A stretch of 64,000 nucleotides of DNA from Macrostomum lignano (taxonomy: Eukaryota), in the NCBI GenBank assembly GCA_002269645.1, contig NIVC01001992.1, positions 151,217-215,216 of the forward strand, written 5' to 3'. Shown here in pieces: positions 1 to 12,414 of this stretch. Under the pieces are notes generated by a model, which searched no databases, was not told the origin of the DNA, and was given only the letters and a program-made list of their open reading frames with translations. Positions within the stretch are counted from its first letter, which is position 1, and each line of letters begins with the position of its first letter. Both the position numbers and the translations under genes were made by a program.

Positions 1-937
1 ACACTGCAGACAGCCTGGTCACCGAAGTCTCCAGGAGCCGAGCTGAGGCCACGCAGGCGGCCGGATCGTCAAGGTCAGCGGCCTGCAAGCTGATGCGGCA
101 GAGCAGCAGCCGACGGCCGCAGCGTTCGGCGACGCGAGCAACGGCGAGGCGGCCGCGCCACGAGCTAGCTGGACCGTCGGGCTCCTCGGGCAGCAGCAGC
201 ACAGCGTAGCTGGCGTGATAAAACGCCGGGCCCTGTGCGTAAAGTAGAAAATCGGCGCCAACGCTGGCGCCATCCTTTGGCACCCAGCCGCGCGATCGGT
301 AGTGCTGGTAGGCCGCGTACAGCTGCGCGAATCTGGGCAGCTCGGAACGAAGGCGGAGCCACAGCTGGGCGCAGGTCAGCCCGGCAATGCGCAGGACGCC
401 GCAGGCGAACGTGAGGAAGAATGCCTCGGCTGGAGACAGCAGGAGCTGCAGGCCGGCGAAGCTAGAGGGGGGGGGGTGAGGAGAGAGGGGGACTGGACAT
501 TTCATTTCAAGTCTACCCATTATAATAATAATTACTATTATGGGTTTGTGGTCACCCTGGTGCAATGTCTACAGCGGCATCATCCCACAACCAGCGCTGA
601 GGCCACACCTGCCATCGCCGTCAGTTCGCACTGCCTGTCTCTTTCGCCTGGCCAGCTGTTGCTGCTGCTGCTGTACTTCATCGCTACCGCAGTCGGCATC
701 CAATAGGATGCCAAATGCGCCGCCAGCGCGCAGAACTGCGATGTCGCCTGGCAGGTCAACCAGGACGCCGGTGTCCTCGCCTTCGCAGATCAGGCGGCCA
801 GTGGCGACAGCGAGGCGGCGAGGTCGAGCCGGACTGTCACTGGTGGGCAATGGCAGGAAGGTGCCAACTGGCTGGCTCTGACCAGATGGCTTTGCATGTG
901 CCAGTGGCTGCTGCTGCTGCTGCTGCTGTTGTGCATC
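1..937 (-). CDS. TSEN2: tRNA-splicing endonuclease catalytic subunit SEN2; partial, exons 937-609 and 461-<1
   Basis: Manual translation of minus 461->1 gives FAGLQLLLSPAEAFFL...FAQLYAAYQHYRSRGWVPKDGASVGADFLLYAQGPAFYHASYAV...RVAERCGRRLLLC, matching the SEN2 signature (EAFFL; Y.HYRS.GWVPK.G...G.D.LLY..GP.FYHASY). The upstream exon encodes FLPLP...G.L...VLV...D...L...G.FG, like the SEN2 N-terminus. Phase-2 intron 608-462 (AG|gtgtgg ... cctctag|C); acceptor tctgctttcag at 938. First exon/ATG not located. Confidence 0.85.
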
Positions 938-3708
938 CTGAAAGCAGATTATGTAATGTATGGCAATTAGCTAGGCCTATGATAATGTTTGCAAACTGTG
1001 AAAAATTTTTATTAAATATATTTTTTCTAATAAAAATTTATACTTTAGTAATAGTAATTATAGTATCACTGTATAACTACTCTACATATTACTAATAACA
1101 TTAGAATGGAGAAAACTGGATAAAGAATTTTTAAAGGTATTAGTTTGAGATTTGGAATTATAAGATCATTGTCAAATTTCTTAATGAATTGCATAGAGAG
1201 AAAAAATTATATATAGAAAAAATATTTTAGCTACTTAAGGTTTAGGAGTATTATAAGGGGAAATCAGCAAAACTATAAAAAATATAAAGGTTTAAATTAC
1301 CTTCCATATCTTATAGAATTCTAAAAAGGGAAATTAGGTTATAAATAAAATTTAATTTGAAATTAATAGTAAAATTGGTAATTGAATACTGATTATTATA
1401 ACCTTATTAAAATTCCCATTGATCAAACTTATACAGTATGATATTTTTAAATAGAAAATTCAATTAATAAAATATTTTTTCTTTAAACTTTATTTTTAAA
1501 CTTCATAATAAAAATATTAAATAGTAAAATAGTTGCTGTCAAATGAAAAACATTATATTATTCCTAGATTTATATTAAACAATTGCATTTAATTTGTATA
1601 TTATCAAACAAAAGTTTAAAAAATAATTGTATTTAAATATCATCTAAATTTGAACTGGTTAATATAAACATGCAATATTTTCTTTTCACGATACTATTTT
1701 TTAATAAATAGCCTAGTCACAGTAAAAAATAACACAAAATAGGTCTATTTAATATGTAAGCAAGCTTAGTTAATGCAAAAAATGATTGATGAAGCAATTT
1801 TTTTGGCTCAGTTATATGGGCCTATACTCTGGTCTGTAGTTTTGGAAAATTCAGGGGTTGTAGTCGTCCTAAAACATTACATTCTAAAAAAGCTTTATTA
1901 GGTATTTTAATTTTAGGTAAATGCTTTTTATGTATTGTAATTTTATTAGACTTCTCCTCTACGCTCCTACGCAACATATCGCATCGACAAAGCATCTTAT
2001 ACATTAGTAAAAACCATTCAGAAAATTAACCAAAGAACCTTCCCATCACCAGCACTTGTGAGCAATAAGTAACACAGAAAAGCAGGTGTGTGCACAATGC
2101 GTGCTCGTGCTCGTGGTCGTGGACAAGCCGTTTCGCGGAAAGTTTCAATTTTAAAATAAATTCCGAGCCGTACAAAGCCGGTCTGTATTCAGATAAGAAT
2201 CAGAAGAGACCCAACTTCTATATGTTTGTTTGACAATTAAATTATTGAATTCTAGACTATTTTCTGAATGGCATTCTTCATTAAACTAGTTTCAGAAATA
2301 TAAATCAATTAAAAGTATTGAAATTTAATTGGAATTTAAATACTTCCGATCGAAATGCATGGCATGGTTTTAGCTCAGCTCAGTTTAGTATCACTTCTGG
2401 TCTGGATGAATCTAGCGCCCAAGTAATTAGAATTGATATCGTTAGTGGCTGAACTAATTTAGGACTCTGACACAAAAACTGACGTTTGTTTGGTGCGTGA
2501 TCAATAATCACATGGGTGTTTTGCGTATCCACATGCCTGTGCGTGCTCAGGGATTTGCGGAACTTGCCTCCTCGCTGGCGACGGGACGGCTGTCGGTTGG
2601 ATCGATATTAGATTTGCGACAGTGCCAGACCAAAGTCCTTGCGAACTGCGAAATAGGCAATCGCATTGCTTCAAGCTATAGCCATTTCTTTCTGGGGATC
2701 TTAATTGCATGGGTCCGCGCATCTACCCACATGTACATGTAGTGACTCAGCCCCTAGCTAGCAGGCATGCAGTTCCCTATCTACTCGTATATTTTGGTGA
2801 CTGTGAATACCTTTATGCTATATATACACTTTTCCCGCTACACAGGCGTTATATACATTGTACCTAGCTGTATATTTATACATAATTTTTTTCAGTCCAC
2901 CTTCTACTTTACCATATGATTCAGTACAAAAGCATACATATGTACATCTACATGTATGGCACATGAAAATGATGACACGCGCAACACAGATAACCACAAT
3001 GCTCTTTAACACCACAATTGGTGTGAAATTTAACCAATCTTGACCACGTGTTTAATGAAAGTTTACTTCTAAAACAAATACCTGAAAAATCTAAAGGTCT
3101 TCTCAGCAATTAATGATTGGCACATGGAGATTCGGAGACAAATTACGACAGCGCCATGATCTATTGTTAAAGGTAAAAATTTTCATGAATTTGGCTGGAA
3201 AATAATATGCTTTGCAGCCATCAGAATCTCATGTGAAATCAGTTAGTCGTACATGCATATATGGAGAATGAAAATTAAGGAGAAATGCGGTGATACATGT
3301 ACATGATAATTATGGTCTCGTGATACTCGTACGTTCCGAATAAGTTTGAATTACTGCGCCGCTTAAAATAGGAAAACTAATTGACTTTACTTGAGTACCA
3401 CTTATGTTAACTTTATTGTGCAGCTGGTTGGTGCAGGTAACAGTTGCCTCAAAGCTGTCGATCCAATTACTGAACGTCTGAATAGCTCAGCATGTGGGGA
3501 GAACCTGGGGGAGAGCCACAGTCTCCTGTTTTCTCGTCACCATGGTAACAAGGCTTGGAGACAAATATGCAGCGTAAAGGTATGCAAGCTATCCCTTCTC
3601 AAGCACAGACGCCCCAGCTGAGTATTGGAAGGAAGCAATATTTTATACTGCACCTGCTGAAAGCAGGACAATTCAGCAACACAGTTTAAATAATCAACAA
3701 GTTGCACA

Positions 3709-6023
3709 ATGAAATCTCGCCTTGACTCTGACTCGGGCGACGCTGGGTTGAAAAAAGTTGATTATCGCGGCGTTTTGATTGCCTGCCTGGCCGCGTCGGC
3801 TGCCGAGACAACGGCCCACGCCATTCCCAGAATGGTGGGCAATCGGCGTGCCTACGTCAAAGTAACCTGGCTTCTACTGTTCCTTCTCTTTCTCGGCCTG
3901 TTCACCTCCCAAGCCTACAGATTCGTGCAGAAGCTGTACGACATGCCAGAGACCACCACAATCCAGCAGGACTCGGTGGCGATGATCTTCCCGGACTTGT
4001 ACATCTGCCCTCAGCCCATCATGTCGGGCAGCTACGGCCACCTGATCACCAACGAAACCATCGCGCAACTCAACTGGCACATCGACGCCATCACCAAGCA
4101 ATTCAACTTCACGCCGCAGACGGACAAGGAGTCGGAGACTTTCATCCGTATGTTGCTGGCCACTTTGCCGTATAAAACTATTAGCGACAGTTTCGGCCAC
4201 CAGTTCCAGCAGACCATCTTCTACGACTTGTTCTCGGACGACAAGCCGCTAGAGCTCGCGGCCAACAAGACAGGCTCGTTGTTGAAATTTTACAGTCCTC
4301 GAAGTCTCAACTGCTTCCTGTTCCGGCTGACGGACGCACGGAGGGCCTTCATGAAGGACCCGTGGAACCATCTGACGCTCTATCTGTTCTACGATACGCC
4401 AATTGCCGGCCTGTTTCCAGACAATCCGCTGCTGAAGACGGTGCCGTACGCTCTGATCAAGGAGGGCATCGGCTACCCGCTGTGGGATATCGAGAATGGC
4501 ATGTCCTACAAGAGCGGCATCGCAATGCGACTTATGCTGGTGCCACCTGGGGAATATCCCATGGACAGCGCTACCAGCATCTTCTTGGAGCCCGGCAACG
4601 AGTACTACATCGGCGTGGAGATGTCCAAACTGCAGATGGACGATGGCATACAGTGCGATAAATCACCTCCCAAGGCCAGAATTGTAAACCCGTACACCCA
4701 GGCCACCGAGGAGTACGAGTACAGCAGCGACCTCTGCTGGATTGAGTCTAAGGAAAACCTGCGGTAATTAATCGATTTACATGTACTAATTTAAAAACTT
4801 GTGATGGAGTTCACAATGGAAGTTTTCAATCCTGAAATAAGTAATAATTATAATTGATTGCACCCGCCCTAATGGGCAGATGTGCAACCGACAGCTCAGC
4901 TGCAGCTATTGCGCGGAGCATCTGAAGGCTGCGAACGGCTGTTCAGCCCAAGGATTGGGGGGTCACCACACCCAAAATTACCCCAGCTAATGCTGGCACC
5001 TATTTTACAGCTGGGTGAACTGAAGCAATGCAGAGTTAAGTGTCTTGCTCAAGGACACAGATTGTTCCGAGTGAGTCGAGAATCGAACCCCCGACCTTTA
5101 AGTCGTGAGTCCGACGCTCTAACCTCTACGTTACAATCCCCTGAAAACAAAATGAATTTGGATGATGCCTGATGTTTGAAGGGATAAGAATTCAGGAACT
5201 CATTTGCGGAAGTCTTCGTGCCAAGTTGCAAGACGGGAAATGCTCTCTTCACATTTATCATTCCCACTTCTGATTAAACAGTTTTCAAAACGTGTCCTGC
5301 GTTGACCCGAGCGCTCCGCACCTGGTCAGCTTCAGCAACCGGACCAAGTGCTGGAACTCCAGCCTCTACCTGAACGCCTCGGCGCAGGAGAGACGGCGCT
5401 TTCTGCAGGCGAGCCTGGACATGAAAAGCAACCATTTCCCGTACGATCTGAGCGCGGTGCAGACTGCTTGCAACCGCAGACGGCCCTGTGATCAGTATGC
5501 TTACAGCACGAAAACATTTTCAAGCAACTGGCCGAATTTCAACGGCTACCAGGATGCCATTTTGAACAGGATGTTTATGGGCATTGCGCAGCAGAAGATG
5601 CTATCAATGAGGAATTATTCGTTTCCAGCTTATGCAGCTTTCGTGAAGATGTTCGCCGGCCTGATGACGAACAACACGCCAAATGCTGGCGCTCGGATGG
5701 CGGCATTCGCCTCGCAGATGATGGCCAAGGTGACCATCAAGACGTCTAAGATCGTGGGCCCGACCGTTGTCATCAGCCGGTCTTACACCTTTCTGGACTT
5801 CGTGTCAGACGTCGGCGGTATCATTGGCCTCTACCTGGGCTGCTCGCTCCTGACGCTGTTTGAACTCCTCGAGCTCATCCATGGCGTCCTCGTTAGCCTC
5901 CAGCTGTGCCGTCCGCCGAAAACTTCCAGAGACGATGCCAGTGACGGCGGTCCAACTGCTCAGGCCGTGTCGAACCCTGAGAGTCAAGCAAAGCAACAGC
6001 TGCAAGTGATGGAGCTGGACTAA
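3709..6023 (+). CDS. DEG/ENaC (amiloride-sensitive channel/ASIC-like) subunit; exons 3709-4763 and 5282-6023
   Basis: Pre-TM1 TTAHAIP then TM1 VTWLLLFLLFLGLF; 'FPDLYICP' motif; Cys-rich ectodomain; TM2 signature DFVSDVGGIIGLYLGCSLLTLFELLE with GxS filter. Phase-2 intron 4764-5281 (CG|gtaatt ... ttaaacag|T) joins the ORFs as ENLR-FQNVSCVDP. Confidence 0.9.
4850..5135 (-). mobile_element. tRNA-derived SINE with CORE/Meta-like central domain, in the DEG/ENaC intron
   Basis: Minus strand has a tRNA-like head (tagaggttagagcgtcggactc...; B box ggttcgattc at 5089-5080), then tgtgtccttgagcaagacacttaac...cacccagctgtaaaatagg, resembling the conserved central domain of CORE/Meta-type SINEs; AT-rich tail near 4850. 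Confidence 0.65.
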
Positions 6024-6820
6024 TTACTCTATGCGGCTGGCGGCTTTATAGCCTTATGCACTTTTCTAACCATACCGTAATATCTAACTCAAACTGGACT
6101 ATTTGAACATCAGAACTCGCAAGCTGTATGTGAATAATGGTAATATCACTGTCTGCGCACCGCCTAGTTGGCTCAATGCACTACTCGTATAGTCAGTGCA
6201 GATCCCCAAATGAGCGACATTGCTCAAGCATACTCAGTACAAGTACGATGGGCCAGTGGGAACCGCCATCTGCTTTCAAATTCCAGCGGATTAGCTAAAA
6301 CTAAACTGAATGAGCTGCAAGTGGCTCAGTGGGTGTGGCTTGGCGGGCCCATGCAAGCCTGTCTGGCTCTTGAGGGGGGGGGGGCAGCGCTGTGAGGACT
6401 CATTGTTGTTTCTGAGTGCGCCCCACACACACACAGCCTCCCCCGACCTGCACTTTCTATCACATGGGAAGAAAGAAGAAAATTATGGAAAATGGAGAGT
6501 CAGACGGGCAGGAATAAAGAACTGAGAACAAATTTTACGGATAGAAAAAGAAATGCCTTTTCATTTTTCCTCCACTAGCTCACTACCTTGCTGATTGTTT
6601 GAAAAGCTCGCTTACTTGTCTGACTGGGTAAAGCAGCCTTTTTTGTAAGATCCATTTGCCATGGCAGCTCATTAGTGAGTTCTTTTGAAAATGGTTAAGC
6701 AATCACTAAGAAGAAAAACTTAACTTCACTTCTAGAAATTCCACTGTGGCTCTTCTTGCATGCTTGTTAGTTGCAGTTCCTTCTCGACTTCCTCCCTTAA
6801 GCAGCTAGGGAGAGAGCGGA

Positions 6821-7600
6821 GAGCGGAGAAAGAGGAGAGCGGAGAGCAGAGAGAGCGGAGAGAGCGGAGAGGGGAGAGCGGAGAGCAGAGAGAGCGGAGA
6901 GAGCGGAGAGGGGAGAGCGGAGAACAGAGAGAGCGGAGAGAGCGGAGAGGGGAGAGCGGAGAGCAGAGAGAGCGGAGAGAGCGGAGAGGGGAGAGCGGAG
7001 AGCAGAGAGAGCGGAGAGAGCGGAGAGGGGAGAGCGGAGAGCAGAGAGAGCGGAGAGAGCGGAGAGGGGAGAGCGGAGAGCGGAGAGGGGAGAGGGGAGA
7101 GGGGAGAGGGGAGAGCGGAGAGCAGAGAGAGCGGAGAGAGCGGAGAGGGGAGAGCGGAGAGCAGAGAGAGCGGAGAGAGCGGAGAGGGGAGAGCGGAGAG
7201 CAGAGAGAGCGGAGAGAGCGGAGAGGGGAGAGCGGAGAGCAGAGAGAGCGGAGAGAGCGGAGAGGGGAGAGCGGAGAGCAGAGAGAGCGGAGAGAGCGGA
7301 GAGGGGAGAGCGGAGAGCGGAGAGGGGAGAGGGGAGAGGGGAGAGGGGAGAGCGGAGAGGGGAGAGGGGAGAGGGGAGAGCGGAGAGGGGAGAGGGGAGA
7401 GCAGAGAGAGCGGAGAGAGCGGAGAGGGGAGAGCGGAGAGCAGAGAGAGCGGAGAGAGCGGAGAGGGGAGAGCGGAGAGTAGAGAGAGCGGAGAGAGCGG
7501 AGAGGGGAGAGCGGAGAGCAGAGAGAGCGGAGAGAGCGGAGAGGGGAGAGGGGAGAGGGGAGAGCGGAGAGCTGAGAGCGGAGAGGGGAGAGGGGAGGGA
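6821..7600. repeat. GA-rich tandem array, ~39-bp unit (GGAGAGCAGAGAGAGCGGAGAGAGCGGAGAGGGGAGAGC)
   Basis: Directly visible; explains the spurious ESGEQRERRERRG and SPLSPLRSLR ORFs. Confidence 0.95.
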
Positions 7601-7999
7601 GAGTATCAGTCACGTATTGAGGAAGCTTTTTCTGATTAAGCAGAGTAAGAATATTTGCTCTGATCTACTTAAGAGTAGTATTTGCTCTTTTATTTTGGCT
7701 TTCTTTAATCAGAGAATCAAATCGCTACTCCGTCTCGGTAACTAAGAACTCTCTTCCTTTCTTCACTTTGACGATAGTTTTATAAATTTGATGGCATTCG
7801 TTGTGAGCTGGATAAAAAACTGTTCTGAAGTTTTCAGTCAATCAATTTAATTGCTAGTTGTTGTTGAAGAGCCACTAGCTAGAACCGGAACACAGTTTTC
7901 CTCGGTTGTTTTTTACCTAACCGCAGCGGCCCTTCAATACATATTTCAGGGGGGGGGGGCAGTTTCTACCCTTCCGTCTGTCTAACCCCAGACAGTATC

Positions 8000-8476
8000 T
8001 AACATAAGCTGTATCTAACACAGTGAGTATCTAACACAGTGAGTATCTAACACAGTGAGTATCTAACGCGGACAATAGCTAACAGGGAGATTATCTAACG
8101 TGGACAATATTTAAAACGGACAATATCTAACAGGGAGATTATCTAACACGGACAATATCTAACAAAGACAGCAATATCTAACACGGACAATATCTAGCAC
8201 GGACAATGGCTAACACTTACAATATCTAACACGGACAATATCTAACACTTACAATATTTAACACGGACAATGGCTAACACTGACAATATCTAACACAGAC
8301 AATATCTAACACAGACAATAGCTAACAGGACAATATCTAACACAGACAATATCTAACACGGACAATAGCTAACACGGACAATAGCTAACACGGACAATAG
8401 CTAACACAGACAATATCTAACACAGACAATATCTAACACGGACAATATCTAACACGGACAATGGCTAACACTGACA
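8000..8476. repeat. 16-bp minisatellite (ACACGGACAATATCTA, variable)
   Basis: Tandem copies visible. Confidence 0.9.
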
Positions 8477-10939
8477 AAATAAAACGAAGATGATTTTTAC
8501 TATAAAAAATAAGCTTTTCGAAACTTTGAGTATTCGAACAATAAATTGGAACCAAAATTTACAAAGCAACGCATTGTTAGAGGCACAAACAGCTTGGCTG
8601 TTAAAAAATGCGGCAGATTAGTTTAGTCTCAGTTCTACGAGCTCCTTTTTCGGCTGCTCTTAGAGAGAAGAGAGATGTGCGCTGGCTTGAAAATATGCAA
8701 AGAAAAACATTGATGGCTTGTAGAGTCACAGAGGGATACCCGGCGGTAGCTGAGGCAGAAATTGAATAGCTATGCTCTAGAAGAAGGCGCACGCTCAGGA
8801 GCAAAAGTTATATGCAAACTGCGAAAAATTCGGTTCAAGTCTGCAATGCAAAGAGAATAACACAGCCCCTGAGGCTTGGCATCTACACGTCTCCATCTCT
8901 TCATTCTTTGCCTATTTTCAAGAAAAAATGCATCACTAAAAAGGCTGCTGCTTCTGGCATTAAAAAAACGAAGACAGAAATCTCAATACGCAAGTTGCTA
9001 TGCGGCCTGTCAATGCGATTCGCCTATAATATATGGCCATGTGTGTGTCTGCCCACCTGTGCAACAATAGCATTGAGAGAAACAAATATTTCTTTGCAGC
9101 GCGAAGTAAAGAGAAGGCCGGACAAGCAATTAACCCCCACCACCCCAAGCCTTTTTGGCTCTCCGGTGCTGCATGCATGACTGACTGCTCTCTGCCACCG
9201 ATTCACTAGCTACTCAATTCTGTCTCATCTCTCATCTCTCTCGCCCGCCCGCCTTCCTGTCTGCCTGCCGCTTCTGAAAGCCGAGGCCTTGATGTTGCTG
9301 GAGCTTGGGGGGGGGGGTGGCAAGCGCCCGGGCTTGTGTTGCGCGCACTGACAGGAGGAGACCGCTGAATCGGAGTGAACTCATAATACGCATATACAGA
9401 GAGTATAGAGGTGGTCTCCAAGGCCTGGTCAGGGAGGCCTTCAGCAACAAGTTTGGAGCGGCTAAATCCTCTCCCGAACAGACAAGAGACTTGAAGGCTT
9501 TTGATTTTTTTAAAACTATCGCAGCTTCTGTTTGGTAAAAATAGCAATTTTTATAAGGCTTGATTGGTCGGTCATATTTGACACTAGCTACAGGGCGCTG
9601 ATCTGGCGTCGGGGGGTCCAAATTCAGGATGCCAACAATTAAAGCTGATATGTTTTGACGTACCTAAGGAACAGGAACCTATTATTTATTTAAGTATTTC
9701 AGCTCTCAGAACAATTTTTTAGAATTCCGTCATATTTTAGCTCAGACACTGAGGATAACTTCAGTGGGCCATGACTCAGAAAAGAAGTTGATGGCACTCC
9801 AGATTCAAGTTTAAGATCTCCTGGGCTTGAGCCCGGCTTGTTACTCAAGCATTTTTTTCAACTGAAAATCTTTTGCTCGGAAATATAATTTCGTCTGCTA
9901 TTGAGCGTAGAGATGGGTGTTCGAGCTGGGGCAGGCCTCGGCATGGAGACCCAGCTGACGGCGGCTCCAACGCACTGCAAACAATGGAGCAAGAGAGCAG
10001 GGGGACTGCAGGGCTGGTGGGGGGGACTGCTTTGAGCACATAAATAAATGTGGCTTCAATCCGCTCTCTCATCCCCCCTCAGCCAGTTCTCTCTCTCTTT
10101 GTCAGCCCTGCGAGTGCGTGCTAGCAGGACGGGGGGGGGTGCCAGCTCGAACCCAGCCTGAGCAGCCCCCCCCCCTCGCCCCGTGCTCGGTCGCTACAAA
10201 TACAAGTGGCCAGCCCCAGTCCCGTCTTGCTCTCGCTCGCTTCTCTCCAAGCAAGCAACTGCTTTGCGGCGCGTTGCCAGCAACGAAGCATCGTGAGAGT
10301 TAATCTAATAGATTGTCCCTGTGCGCTGGGCGAGCAGGTGTAATGCGCTGAATGACTTAAGCAGCCTCCGTATTGCACCTTCCCCGCCCGACCGTACTCG
10401 GATCAGTCGCCATGGCATCAACAGCTTCATCATCGTCAGCAGCAGCAGCAGCAGCAGGACGCAGCCAGCCCCAATATTGCTCTTATAATTCCCTTACTGA
10501 TTCCTCAGTATTATTGTACTCGATAATACACTTAAATAGCTAACAAAATGTTTGCAACTGTTAATTACTCTATTATTTAACCAGATTAATAGAGGCGCAA
10601 ATTCTTTATTGTGTTCCAATACATTTACATTAATATCTTTCTCACCGTTTTAGGACACTTGAATTCTGTGTAAACTATTTCTTCAACAAAATATACGCTT
10701 GTGCATGTATGGAAAATAAAAAAAAAACGGCTATATTACAGTACGAGACGCAGGCGGTCTCATTCATGCAATCGATGAGTTGAGAACTGCAACAGTTATT
10801 TACTTGTCAATTTAAGCAAAAAAAGTTCAAGTCTGCAGTCGAGGCTATCTAGACTTGCTTTATAAAATTTCAACTCAGAAGAAAGTTCCACTGAATTATT
10901 TGAAGCTTTCAGCAGTCATTCAGAGAGTCACCGCTATCC

Positions 10940-11740
10940 GCATGCCGTGTCCTTCAGCGAGTTCCGCTACCCCATCCGTGTCCTTTAGCGAGTTCCGCTA
11001 CCCCATGCCGTGTCCTTTAGCGAGTTCCGCTACCCCATGCCGTGTCCTTTAGCGAGTTCCGCTACCCCATGCCGTGTCCTTCAGCGAGTTCCGCTACCCC
11101 ATGCCGTGTCCTTCAGCGAGTTCCGCTACCCCATGCCGTGTCCTTCAGCGAGTTCCGCTACCCCATGCCGTGTCCTTTAGCGAGTTCCGCTACCCCATGC
11201 CGTGTCCTTCAGCGAGTCACGACTATCCCATGCCGTGTCCTTCAGCGAGTTCCGCTACCCCATGCCGTGTCCTTTAGCGAGTTCCGCTACCCCATGCCGT
11301 GTCCTTTAGCGAGTTCCGCTACCCCATGCCGTGTCCTTCAGCGAGTTCCGCTACCCCATGCCGTGTCCTGCAGCAAGTTCCGCTACCCCATGCCGTGTCC
11401 TTCAGCGAGTTCCGCTACCCCATGCCGTGTCCTTCAGCAAGTTCCGCTACCCCATGCCGTGTCCTTTAGCGAGTTCCGCTACCCCATGCCGTGTCCTTCA
11501 GCGAGTTCCGCTACCCCATGCCGTGTCCTTCAGCGAGTTCCGCTACCCCATGCCGTGTCCTTCAGCGAGTTCCGCTACCCCATGCCGTGTCCTTCAGCAA
11601 GTTCCGCTACCCCATGCCGTGTCCTTCAGCGAGTTCCGCTACCCCATGCCGTGTCCTTTAGCGAGTCACGACTATCCCATGCCGTGTCCTTCACAGTCAC
11701 CACTACCCCATGCCGTGTCCTTCAGAGAGTCACCACTACC
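10940..11740. repeat. 32-bp minisatellite (CAGCGAGTTCCGCTACCCCATGCCGTGTCCTT)
   Basis: Period 32 (e.g. 10981 vs 11013); source of the repetitive ORFs at 10855-11812. Confidence 0.95.
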
Positions 11741-12414
11741 TCATTTTGTGTCGTTCGATGGAGGCCACACCTGAAGAAGAAATGCCTTTCTAGTTATTTA
11801 AAGTCGAAATAATAAAATTCTTAAATTTTATAATTTTCACCAGTTAAACTTATAACAAATGGTCTGGAAATTCGGCATATCGTTTATCAAGATTCGATAG
11901 TTACAGGAACTATTAATACGCTGAGCAAGTCTGAGCAAAAAACGCAAAAGTACAGACAAAAACAAAATGGAGTACAGCTTAAATGATTAATATTATCTAG
12001 GCTTGAGGCGAAGAAGAACGAATCGAAATAGGTCATACAAGGTGACTATCTCTGTGAAACAGACTGGAGATAACGAATCAAACTTATCTCTCCCGTTTTG
12101 AAGAATAGTCTTGGCGCTTCAAATTTATAAATAAACAAAAAAAGTTTGTTGACTCTCTTCGCAGATGATTGATGCAAGAGTCTGTCACTCTACTAGAAGT
12201 AACATGAATGGCATCGGTCTCTTGAAACTCGCGGCGAGATGCGAGACTGGCGGATGCTTGATTACAGATAACAGATTACAGATTACAGATTACAGAAATT
12301 TTAAGAAATATTAATTAAAAGCATGCATTTAATAAATTTTTTTGATTAATTTCACAGTGCAAAGGCTAAGCAGAATGAATTACTAAACACACTATTCAAG
12401 AAAAACTATACATC

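Noticed and set aside
950-2010. Mitochondrial insertion (NUMT)
   Set aside because: No mitochondrial gene or tRNA recognisable even allowing TGA=Trp; kept only as an unexplained AT-rich island.
6732-7613. Long ORFs on both strands (SPLSPLRSLR / ESGEQRERR)
   Set aside because: Artefacts of a stop-free 39-bp tandem repeat.
12030-12295. Possible decayed LINE RT (QGD...LFADD, GATTACA-type tail)
   Set aside because: Only two short motifs in broken frames; could be chance.
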